From Chiloscyllium plagiosum (lineage: Eukaryota): a stretch of 20,840 bases of DNA. The position numbers and the translations under genes are program-made. The stretch spans positions 43,617,989 through 43,638,828 of the forward strand of contig NC_057728.1 of the NCBI RefSeq assembly GCF_004010195.1, written 5' to 3'. Positions 8,687 to 18,404 of the stretch are shown piece by piece. Every line of letters begins with the position of its first letter. Position 1 is the first letter of the stretch. The notes beneath the pieces were generated by a model. It was not told the DNA's origin, ran no database searches, and saw only the letters and a list, made by a program, of their open reading frames with translations.

Positions 8687-9098
8687 ACCTAAGATAGCAC
8701 CATTGATGGCACATAAGAGGCAACATTGTAAAACTTTCCATTGTACCCCTTTATTTCTGTACTTGAGTACACGTGACAATAAAGGAAATTCTAATGCTAC
8801 ATTCTAAGATGACATCTGTTTATATGTTGTGCCCAACTCCTAATTTATTGATTGCATTTGCTTTTAGTAAAAAATACTGCAACATTTTACAGTTTGAGGA
8901 ATATATATACACCCTTGTTAATGAACTTATAATTTATCTTTAATATAACGGATCACCTCATGGGTGAAAACATTAGTGTTTTCAGTTTAGTGAGCGCTAT
9001 TTAAGATGGAAACACAACTGAATATGAAAGCAGAGCTCCTATGAGATTCATTTAATAAGATCTTTTTAAGATGCTTACCTGAAATTCCAGTGGTACTT

Positions 9099-9409
9099 TT
9101 TTTTAGATTACATTACAGCGTGGAAACAGGCCCTTCGGCCCAACAAGTCCACACCGACCCGCCGAAGCGCAACCCACCCATACCCCTTCATTTACCCTTA
9201 CCTAACACTACAGGCAATTTAGCATGGCCAATTCACCTGACCTGCACATCTTTGGACTGTGGGAGGAAACCGGAGCACCCGGAGGAAACCCAGGCAGACA
9301 CGGGGAGAACGTGCAAACTCCACACAGTCAGTCGCCTGAGGCGGGAATTGAACCCAGGTCTCAGGCGCTGTGAGGCAGCAGTGCTAACCACTGTGCCACC
9401 GTGCCGCCC
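9099..9409 (-). mobile_element. HE1-type tRNA-derived V-SINE, young full-length copy
   Basis: GGGCGGCACGGTGGCACAGTGGTTAGCA (A box), GGTTCAATTCC (B box), V-domain, and tail GGGCCGAAGGGCCTGTTTCCACGCTGTAATGTAATCTAAAAAAAA. CpGs are retained. Possible TSD actt (9095-9098 / 9410-9413). Confidence 0.95.
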
Positions 9410-9505
9410 ACTTGCTGTCTGCTTGTTTGCACTTGATGTAACTAATAGCTGAGTAGTTTATTGCTTCACATTAAGAAGTTCCCTCATTCAAACTATGTTG
9501 TCTAA

Positions 9506-9815
9506 TATCGGAACATAGGAAATAGGAGTAGACCATTACATGCCTTAGGCCTGCTCTGCCAATGCAGTAGATCATGGTTGATCTATTGAAAGCTACTTTC
9601 TCACAATACTCCAAAATCCTAATTTTTCTAATACCTAGAAATCTATAAATCTCAGTCTTGAAAGTACTCAGTGACTGAACCTCTATAGTCCTCATGGAGT
9701 TAAGAATTCCAAAGATTCATCACCCTCTGACTGAAGAAATCCCTCCTTATCTCAATCCTAAATGTTTTATCCCCTATTCTGGGGCTAGGTTTTATGGCTC
9801 TCGACCACTGCCCCA
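9506..9815 (-). mobile_element. CR1-clade LINE 3' tail fragment
   Basis: gaacataggaaataggagtagaccatt..cctgctctgcc..gatcatggttgatct is the reverse CR1 tail. The minus-strand ORF fragment reads VQSLSTFKTEIYRFL. Confidence 0.85.
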
Positions 9816-9879
9816 GCTCTGCTATTACCAGGAAGAAAAGGGATCAGCCAACAGCAACATTAGGCATATCTAACAATGT

Positions 9880-10345
9880 GACATCAACCTGATGAAGCTA
9901 AAGCACACTGCAAAACAGCAGAAGCAACATGTAATACAAATAGCTAAGCAATTCAACGTTCAATAAAACAGAATAAAGCTCAGTAATCCTTTCACATCCA
10001 ATCATGAATAATGGTGGATCATTAAACAATTTACTGGAGGAAACTCCACAAATATCCCCATCCTAATGACTGGGGAGTCCTGCATGTATGATATAAGATG
10101 AACTGAAAACATTTGTAACCAGTTTCAGCCAGAAATGCTGAGTGGATGACCCATTCAGCATCCACTGAGATTCCCTGCATCACAGATGCCAATTTTCAGT
10201 CAGTTCAGTCCATTCCAAGTGATAAAGAAATAACTGATGTACTGAATATTACCAAAGCAATTGGACCTGATAAGTATTCATTGGATAAATGCGGATAATT
10301 ACTTCAGTATGTACTGCCCACTAAAGTCAAGACAAATCCAATCCA
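9880..10345 (+). mobile_element. Old CR1/Jockey-group LINE ORF2, 5' piece (family distinct from HER1-type)
   Basis: AKQQKQHV..AK..RIKL..HE*WWIIKQFTGG..STNIPIL..FSQKC*VDDP..PCITDANFQSVQFS..KAIGPD..QDKSNP. The reading stops at 10345 and resumes at 16468. Confidence 0.8.
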
Positions 10346-11174
10346 AAGATCACGATACAGGAGCAGAATTAAGCCATTTGGCCCATCAGATCTGCTCCAC
10401 CATTCAAAGATGATTGATATGTTTCTCAACCCTATTCTCCTGCCTTCTCTCTGTAACGCTTGATCCCCTTACCAATCAAGAACCTATCTCTGTCTTAAAT
10501 TCACTCAATAACTTGACCTTCAGAGTCTTCTGTGGTAAGAAATTCCTCTGGCTGAAGGAATTGCTCATCTCAGTTCTAAATGATTATCCCTTCACTCTGA
10601 GGCTGTGCCCTCAGGTCCTGACCTCTCTTACTAGTGGAAATATCTCTTGCACATCCACTGTATGCAGGTCTCTCAGTATTCTGTAAGTTTCAATGAGATA
10701 CCCCCCCACCACATTCTTCTAAACTCCATCAAGTACGACACAGAGTCCACCACACCTCATATGACATCCTTCATGTCTGGAGTCATTCTTGTGAACCTCC
10801 ACTGGACCACCTCCAAGGTTCTTCCTTAAATACAAGGCCTGAAACTGCTCTGAATATTGAAAATACTGTCTGAAGAGAACATTATACAGCCTCAGTAGTA
10901 CATCCCTGTTCTTGTATTCTAGACCTCTTAAAATTAATGCGAATATTACATTTGCCTTCCTAACTGCCAACAAAACCTGCATATTAACCTTCAGACAATT
11001 CCAACTAGGACACCCTAGTCCCTTGATGAAGCCACTGACTCAGCCCTATTTTACCATGCACTTCCTAGTAACCACAATCTCATCCTTAATAATGAACTCC
11101 CACAATATTACCAACAACCAAGGTTGGACTAACTCACATATAACTTACCATCTTCTGCCTCCCTCCCTCTCTCT

Positions 11175-12125
11175 AATCTGGAAGAGGGCATTGTTGGTCT
11201 GATCAGTAAGTGTGCAGATGACACGAAGTATGGTGGACAAGCAGAAAGCATAGGGAATACAGGAGAATATAGATAGACTGGAGAGTTGTGCGGAGAAGTG
11301 GCAGATAGAGTTCAATCCAGGCAAATGTGAGGTGATGCATTTTTGGGAAGTCTAATTCTTGAGCGAGCTATACTGTAAATGGAAGAGCCTTGGGAAAAGT
11401 TGATGAGCAGAGAGACCTGCGAGTTAAGGCCCATTGTACCCTGAAGGTGGCTGCACAGATGGACAGAGTGGTCAAGAAGGCATATGGTATGTTTGCTTTC
11501 ATCGGACGGGGTATTGAGTATAAGAGCTGGTAGGTCATGTTAAAATTGTACAAGACTTTGGTTCGGCTGCATTTAGAATACTGTGTACAGTTCTGGTCGC
11601 CACAATACCAAAAGGATGTGGATGCTTTGGAGAGTGTGCAGAGCAGCTTTAAGAAGATATGGCCTGGTAAGGAAGGTGCTAGCTGTGAAGAGAGGTTGAG
11701 TAAGTTAGAATTGTTTTCATTAGAAAAATGGAGATCGAAGGGGGGGCCTGATTGACATCTACAATATCATGAAGGGGGTACACAGGGTAGATAGAGGTAA
11801 GCTTTTTCCCAGGATGAGGGATTCAATAATGAGAGGTCATGAGTTCAAGGTGAGAGGAGAAAAGATTAAGAGGGATACATGTGGAAAGTAGTTTATATAG
11901 AGGGTGATAGATGCCTGGATCGCGTTTCCGGCAGAGGTAATAGAGACAGGCACGGTAGATTCATTTAAAGTGCGTCAGGAAGGATGCATGAGTTGGTGGG
12001 GAACAGAGGGATACACTTGCTTAAGAATTGGGTGATAGGTTTAGACAGTAGATTTGGATAAGCTCAGGCTTGGAGGGCTGAAGGGCCCGTTCCTGGGCTG
12101 TAAATTTTCTTTGTTCTTCTTTGTT
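11175..12125 (+). mobile_element. 5'-truncated CR1-clade LINE nested in the older CR1
   Basis: NLEEGIVGLISKCADDTK..IDRLESCAEKWQIEFNPGKCEVMHF..LYKTLVRLHLEYCVQFWSPQYQKD. Tail tctttgttcttctttgtt. Candidate TSD ctccct (11163-11168 / 12126-12131). Confidence 0.92.
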
Positions 12126-12441
12126 CTCCCTTCTTAAACAGGAGTGCTACTTTAGCCAGTTTCTGGGATTCCCCATAACTTCAGTGATTCTTGAAAGATC
12201 ACCACCAATGCCTCTGCAATGTCCTCAACTATCTCCTTCAGAACTCTGAATGTCATCCATCTAGTCTGGGTGATTTATCCACGTTCAGACTTGTCAGCCT
12301 CCCGAGCACCTTTTCTTTCATGATGGCCATTAGACTTATCTTTGCCACCCAACTCTTGACTTCTGGTATGGTGTCTCCCACTCTGAAAACTGATGCAAAG
12401 TTCTGGATGTAGATTTGCTTGCTGAGCTGAAAGGTTCATTT

Positions 12442-12482
12442 TCAGACGTTTCATCACCATACTAGGTAACATCTTCAGTGAG
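12442..12482 (-). ncRNA. Minimal type I hammerhead ribozyme motif (Penelope-associated)
   Basis: Minus strand CUCA-CUGAAGA-U-GUUACC-UAGUAU-GGUGAU-GAAAC-GUC-UGA. It has both core boxes (CUGANGA and GAAA), a 6-bp stem II with G-U pairs, a palindromic ACGU stem III, a GUC site, and a short UCA/UGA stem I. Confidence 0.65.
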
Positions 12483-12547
12483 CCTCCACATGAAGTGCTA
12501 GTGGTGTAGCCTGCTTTCTATTTATATGTTTGAGTCTCCTTGGGTTA

Positions 12548-12600
12548 GTGATGTCATTTCCTGTGGTTACATCATTTCTTGTGGTGATGTCATTTCCTGT
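12548..12600. repeat. Three imperfect 18-bp tandem repeats in the Penelope spacer
   Basis: gtgatgtcatttcctgtg / gttacatcatttcttgtg / gtgatgtcatttcctgt. On the minus strand this reads TGNDIT-TRNDVT-TGNDIT. Confidence 0.85.
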
Positions 12601-12850
12601 TATTTTACACAGATGGTGGTAAATGGGATCCAAGTCAATGTGTTGGATAGAAAGCGGGCTATACCACCAGTGCTTCATTCGGAGGCTCATGAAAGATGTT
12701 GCCTAGAATGGTGATGAAACGTCTGAGAATGAACCTTCCAGCTCAGCAAGCAAACTTACATCCAACACCTCAAGCTGAGCTTTAAATTCTTCTCAAAACT
12801 TGCTAATTGATGCAAAGTACCTATTCAGTTCCCCATTATGACTTCTCCAG

Positions 12851-13751
12851 CCGCAGCTGTTCACATTATATATTAATGATCTGGATGAAGGGACTGGGGG
12901 CATTCCAGCGAAGTTTGCCGATGATACAAAGTTAGGCGGACAGGCAGGTAGTACTGAGGAAGTGGGGAGGCTGCAGAAGGATCTAGACAGTTTGGAGGAG
13001 TGGTCCAGGAAATGGCTGATGGAATTCAATGTGAGCAAATGCGAGGTCTTGCACTTTGGAAAAAAGAATAGAAACATGGATTATTTTCTAAACGGTGAGA
13101 AAATTCGTAACACCAAAGTAAAGAGGGATCTGGGAGTGCTAGTTGAGGATTCTCTAAAGGTAAACATGCAGGTTGAGTCCGTGACTAAGAAAGCGAATGC
13201 AATGTTGTCAATTATCTCAAGAGGGTTGGAATATAAAAGCACTGATGTGCTACTGAGACTTTATAAAGCTCTGGTTAGGCCCCATTTAGAGTACTGTGTC
13301 CAGTTTTGGTCCCCACACCTCAGGAAGGACATACTGGCACTGGAGCATGTCCAGCGGAGATTCACACGGATGATCTCTGGAATGGTTGGTCTAACATTTA
13401 AGGAACGGCTGAGGATCCTTGGATTATATTCATTGGAGTTTAGAAGATTAAGGGGAGATCTAATAGAAACTTACAAGATAATATATGGCTTGGAGAGGGT
13501 GGACGCTAGGAAATTGTTTCCGTTAGGCGAGGAGACTAAGACCCGTGGACACAGCCTTAGAATTAGAGGGGGTAAATTCAGAACAAAAATGCGGAGACAT
13601 TTCTTCAGCCAGAGAGTGGTGGGCCTGTGGAATTCATTGCCACAGTGCAGTGGAGGCTGCGACGCTAAATGTCTTCAAGGCAGAAATTGATAAATTCTTG
13701 ATGTCACAAGGAATTAAGGGCTACGGGGAGAATGCGGGTAAGTGCAGTTGA
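12851..13751 (+). pseudogene. CR1 ORF2 C-terminal half (RT catalytic motif and C-terminal domain), one frameshift near 13645
   Basis: In frame from 12851: PQLFTLYINDLDEGTGGIPAKFADDTKLGG (FADD at 12914-12925), running into the 242-aa track ORF. The natural end AVEAATLNVFKAEIDKFLMSQGIKGYG lies in the 13545-13751 frame. Confidence 0.93.
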
Positions 13752-13836
13752 AATGCCCATCAGCCATGATTGAATGGTGGAGTGGACTCGATGGGCCGAA
13801 TGGCCTTACTTCCGTTCCTATGTCTTATGGTCTTAT
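12851..13836 (+). mobile_element. Young 5'-truncated CR1-clade LINE
   Basis: Long open RT frame, 3' UTR stem motif gggccgaatggcct, and tail tatgtcttatggtcttat. The host CR1 sequence resumes at ~13837. Confidence 0.95.
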
Positions 13837-15721
13837 TTTCCAGCAGTTGAATATCCACCATTGCCTATTACCTACAATATATCGATAAAAATTCTTGCAG
13901 TCTTCTTTTACTTTACAAGCTAGGTTATTCTCCTCTTTCATCTTCTGTATCTCTTATTACTTTTTTTTTAGTTATCATCTGTTGGTTTTAAAAGGCCCCA
14001 AATTTTCATCATATTGTATGGTTTTTCTCCACTTTGATGATGTCCCTGACTTCCCTTGTCAGCCTTGGTTGCCTTGTCGTTCCCTCAATATGTTTCTTTT
14101 TCCTTGGGATGAATTTCTGCTACATCTCTCAAATTATCCCAGAAACCCCTGCTATTGCTACTCTACGATCTTCCCCAATATGTTCCCCTTCCAATCAATT
14201 CTGCACAACTCCTCTCTCATGTATTTGTAGTTACTTTTACTCAATTGTATCATTGTATCTGATTCCAGATTCTCCCTCTCAAACTGCAGGGTGAATTATA
14301 TCATAATATGTTCACTAACCACTTTGGTTCCTTGAATTTAAGGTCTCTCATCAAGTCTGCCTCATTACACATTGCCAAATCCAGAATTGCCTGTTCCTAG
14401 TAGATAGACTCTGTCACAAGCTCGCCAAAAAAAAATCTTGTAAACATTCAACAAATTCCTTTTCTTGGGATCCACTAACAACCTTATTTTCTCAGTCCAC
14501 CTGTGTATTGAAGTCCACCATGATTATTGTAATAGTGCCTTTCTTACATACTTTTATCTCCTGATTTATTTTCTGCCCCACAGCCTGACTAGTGCTAGGC
14601 AGCCTGTACGTAATTCACACTATGGTCTTCTTTCTTCTGCGGTCCTTCAATTCTACCCATTCAGATTCTACACATTCCAACCCTATACCATTTCCTGCAA
14701 ACAATTTAATTTCATTCCTTACAAACAAGGGAGCAACGTTCCCCTCTGTCCAGCTGCCTGTAGTTTCGATAAGACAGGTATCCTTGGATATTTAGTTCCC
14801 AGCCTTGATCCCTCTTCAGCCACATCTGAGGCTAACAACATTGTTCCCATCAATTTAAATCTGCATCACAAGCTCATTTACTGCACACATTTCAATACAA
14901 CACCCTCAGTCCTGCATTGACTGACCCCCTCCTCATAGCTGACCCTTTATCTCCTGCTCCTTAAATTTGATTCTTGATTTTTTTTCTATATTCTCTGTCC
15001 TATTACTAGTTCTGAAAACTTTAATAATCTCTTCTGAGTCCTTCCTGTCTTTAACCAGTTTAAAGTCTTTGTCTTCAAAGACCTATTTTGCCTTTCCACC
15101 AGAATCCTGGTCCCAGATTAATTCAGGTGAAGCCCATCCCAATAGTACAGTCACATTCTGCGCTATTCTTTTTAGCCACATGCTTACTTCCTTATTCTTC
15201 TTATCACTGCCAATTTGCACACGGCTCAAGTAATAATCGAGAGATTACAATCTTTGAGGTCCTCATTTTAATTTGGTCCTAATTCCTGTCACTCCCCAAA
15301 TAGGAGCTCTTGCCTACTTTTACCACACTACAATCACTACCACTATGATTTTCCTTTATGCTGTCCCTGCTTGAATGATGTCCTGGACCATGGCGCAGTG
15401 GTCAGCTTTCCCATCCTCTCTGCAGACTCTTCCCTTGTTCATACAAGGAGCAATTACCTCAAACTTGTTAGATAAGATTATGAGCCGAGGCTCCTCCAAT
15501 GCTATGTTCAAATTCCTCTATCTGATTCACTTGTCTTCAAACCCTCCTGTCCTTGACAGTTGCCAAATTATACATATTTAAGCTATAGGGTGTGACTGGC
15601 ACAAAACATTAAGGGAACTCTCCCCCTTCCAGATGTGTCGAAGTGTCTGAAGCTCAGATTCCAGCTCATCTGATCTGAGCTGAAGTTCCTTGAGCTGCAG
15701 ATAGTTACTGCAGATGACAAT

Positions 15722-16467
15722 AATAAGAAATTGGATGATTTGTAGGTCATTTTGCTTATGAGGCTGCTCTGTCATTCAATAAGACCATGGCTGATATCAT
15801 TGTAGCCATAATTCTACTTCTAGTATGTCATCCATAATTCCTTACAGACAGTTGACGTTTAAACAAGTTTAGATTCCTTCATGACAGAAAACATCCTGTC
15901 AGCATACATTCTGCATGCAGAATCTTATTTTTTTTAAATCAGATCACCCCTAATCTTTTAAACTCCAATGAGTATAGGTGCATTCTGCTAGACTTTTCTT
16001 CACAAGACAATCTCTTCTTCCCAGGAATCTGTTTATAGACCTTTTCTGAACTGTTTCCAATGCAAACACATTGCTCCTTAATCAAGGAGACCAAAACTGT
16101 ATGCAGAACTATAGCTACAGTCTCATCAATGCCATGTACAGTTATAGCAAGACTTTCCTACTTTGATATTCCGACTCCTTTGCACTAAAGGACAACATTC
16201 TTATTACCTTTCCAGTTATTTTCTGGTCCTGCATACTAACTTTTTTTGATTCTTGTATAAGGGCATCCAGACCTTTCTGCACTGCAGCATCAGTGGTTTC
16301 TCTCTATTTAAATGATATTCTGCTTTTCTATTTCTCTGCCAAAATGGAAAACGTCATAATTTCCCGTACTGTGCTATTACTACTATTGCCACATTTTTGT
16401 ACACTCATTTAATGTTTCTACGTCCCTTTACAGATTCTTTGTCCCCTCTTTGCAACCTGTCTCCTCA
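15722..16467 (-). mobile_element. Old CR1-clade LINE 3' fragment
   Basis: Reverse tail gtaggtcattt..gctgctctgtcattcaataagaccatggctgat at ~15740-15795. Also ggagaccaaaactgtatgcag (reverse CIQFWSP) and aagactttcctactttgatattcc (reverse EYQSRKVL). Confidence 0.8.
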
Positions 16468-17135
16468 CAATTCAGCTAATTATCAAACATTAGCCTCCTC
16501 TCAATTATCAATAATGTAACAGAAGAACTGTCAAGCAATAGTACTATCAAGTCACACTTGCACAACAGCACGCACACTAATGTTCAGGATAGGTTCCACA
16601 TTAACAGCCTTGATCCAAACATGGAAAAATGTGCCAAACTCAAGATAAGCGGTAAAAGCTTTGCCCTTGACATCAAAATGTATTTGGCTGCTTGTGGCAT
16701 CAAGGTTCCCTGGCAAAACTGAAGTCAACTGGAATCAGGAGAAAATCCCTGCACTAGTAGAGTCTTATCTAGCACAAAAGAGGAAGATTGTGGTTGTTGG
16801 TTGCCAATCGTTTTAGTTTTAGTATATTGCTTCAGGTTAGTGACCTAGTCCCAACCGTCTTTGGCTGCTTCAACCATGACCTGCCTTCAATTGTAATGTC
16901 AGAATTGGGGATGCTCACTGATGACTACACAATGTTCAGTATCATTCTCAATGTTTTCGACATTGAAAATGTACATGCCTGCATGCAGCAAGACTTGGAC
17001 AACATTAAGGCTTGGGCTGGTTACTAGTAGGTAACAATGGTGCTGCATGACTTCCAGGCAATGGAACTCTTCTTGACATTCATCAACTGGCCAAGTTGCA
17101 TTGAGAGAGATATTGTTATTTCTGAATCCAGTACC
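16468..17135 (+). mobile_element. Old CR1/Jockey-group LINE ORF2, RT piece (continuation of 9880-10345)
   Basis: ANYQ(fs)ISLLSII..ITALIQTW..ALDIK..WHQGSLAKLKSTGIRRK..ESYLAQ..LVPTVFGCFNHDLPSIVMSELGMLTDDYTMFS..MQQDLDNIKAWA. LTDD is the degenerate FADD motif. Confidence 0.85.
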
Positions 17136-17137
17136 AA

Positions 17138-17530
17138 CTTCTTCTTAGGCAGTTGTTTCGACATTCTTCCCCCCTTGTTTGACGCATTCTATGGTGGTTG
17201 ATAAATCCAATGCAAAATCCACAGACTGTCACATGCATGACAGGTGGTGCTGGAATAGTTGTATCAATGGGTTGTTTGGAGGCTTGTGTGGACCCTCTAA
17301 TTCCTCAACTTCACTTTGAATATTCCTAAAACAATCTCTCAATATGTTTCTTACCTTCTCAAATAAGCCTTCTTAATTTTGATTGATCACAAACCTGCGA
17401 TTTCCATGAACCTGGAGGTGATGTTTGACTTCTTCAGGGATACTTTCTGTCACCTTTAAAGTGTTTAGCCGGTGTCTCGTGTCATGTCCAAGTTCTGAAT
17501 AGAACTATTGTTTCAGGACTCTAGTGCATT
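17138..17530 (-). mobile_element. RTE-clade LINE 3' end
   Basis: Minus strand TRVLKQ*FYSELGH..KHFK..KVSLKKSNI..SWKSQVCDQSKLRRLI..TTCHACD-(fs)CGFCIGFINHHR (C2H2-like end), terminating in actgcctaagaagaag. Confidence 0.82.
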
Positions 17531-17565
17531 TATTTTTCCCGTCCTAGTAGCTCTTGAGATGGTGG

Positions 17566-18345
17566 TCATAGAGTCATAGACTCATAGAGGTGTATAGCAT
17601 GGAAACAGACCCTTCGGTACAACTCATCCATGCCGACCAGATATCCCAATCCAATCTAGTCCCACCTGCTTGCACCTGGCCTATATCCCTCCAAACCCCT
17701 CCTATTCATTAACCCATCCTGATGCCTTTTAAATGTTACAATTGTATCAGTCGCCACCGCTTCCTCAGGCAGCTCATTCTATACACATACCACCCTCTGC
17801 ATGAAAAAGTTGCCCCTTCGGTCTCTTTTATATCTTTCCCCCTCTCACCCTAAACCTATGCCCTCTAGTTCTGGACTTTCGCCACCCCAGGGAAAAGACT
17901 TTATTTATCCTATCCTTGCCCTTCATGATTTTATAAACCTCTATAAAGTCACCCCTCAGCCTCCGATGCTCCAAGGAATACAGCCCCAACCTATTCAATC
18001 TCCCCCTATAGTTCAAATCCTCCAACCCTGCCAACATCCTTGTAAATCTTTTCTGAACCCTTTCAAGTTTCACAACATCTTTCCGATAGGAAGGAGGCCA
18101 GACTTGTATGCAATATTTCAACAGTGGTCTAATCAATGTCCTGCAACATGACCTCCCAACTCTAATACTCATACACTAACCAATAAAGGGAAGCATACCA
18201 AACACCTTCATCACTATCCTGTCTACACACGACTCCACTTTCAAGGAGCTATGAACTTGCACTCCAGGGTCTCTTTGTTCAGAGGACCTTACCATTAAGT
18301 GTATAAATCCTGCTAAAATTTGCTTTCCCAAAGTTAACACCTCGC
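17566..18345 (-). mobile_element. HER1/CR1 LINE 3' fragment
   Basis: Track ORF 17828-18172 reads TLIRPLLKYCIQVWPPSYRKDVVKLERVQKRFTRMLAGLEDLNYRGRLNRLGLYSLEHRRLRGD. The tail is (catagagt)-type 8-bp repeats at 17566-17590. Confidence 0.93.
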
Positions 18346-18404
18346 TGGGTTGTACAGTATATAACCTCATGCCATTCTGTTTATCATGATTGACAGTCAC
18401 ACAA

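Larger units (their letters stand above)
7755..8807 (+). mobile_element. Probable non-autonomous retroposon: G-rich body and Rex1/Babar-like 3' tail, split by a solo LTR
   Basis: G-rich body at 7755-7980. Tail acctaagatagcacc..attgtaaaactttccattgtac..gtacacgtgacaataaa (8767-8783) followed by short attcta-like repeats. The family assignment rests on recalled tail similarity only. Confidence 0.5.
12402..12807. mobile_element. Penelope-like insertion with inverted pLTR arms
   Basis: Inverted arms 12405-12521 and 12647-12763. The spacer encodes (minus strand) HIDLDPIYHHLCKITGND.., homologous to the end of the 4575-4994 ORF. 11-bp TSD tgatgcaaagt (12391-12401 / 12808-12818). Confidence 0.92.
10346..15720 (-). 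mobile_element. Degenerate near-full-span CR1 LINE (ORF1 remnants, APE endonuclease, RT with internal deletion, 3' tail) hosting three nested insertions
   Basis: Minus strand: ICSNYLQLKELQLRSDELESELQTLRH (ORF1 zinc/zipper-like, ~15630-15718); WDGLHLN*SGTRIL (SGNH esterase-like, ~15097-15141); DQGWELNIQGYLSYR (~14767-14811) and ESEWVELKD..YRLPS (endonuclease); VGNIVEFIIKDEI-like..GFIK (~11021-11125); RKANVIFALILRGLEYKNRDVLLRLY (10719-10982); tail at ~10350. The ORF1 portion may come from a separate copy. Confidence 0.8.

Noticed and set aside
2990..9090. Host-gene exons in the unassigned AT-rich gaps (~2990-3185, 3380-3590, 5040-5630, 8810-9090)
   Set aside because: No convincing splice-bounded open frame or protein motif was found by eye. 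Small exons cannot be excluded without RNA-seq.
9340..9409. tRNA gene (A and B boxes), also at ~2370-2437
   Set aside because: These are tRNA-derived SINE heads joined to a V-domain and LINE tail, not standalone tRNAs.
13895..15581. Several hydrophobic plus-strand ORFs (up to 151 aa) as membrane proteins
   Set aside because: They are T-rich antisense frames of the minus-strand CR1 endonuclease and ORF1 region.
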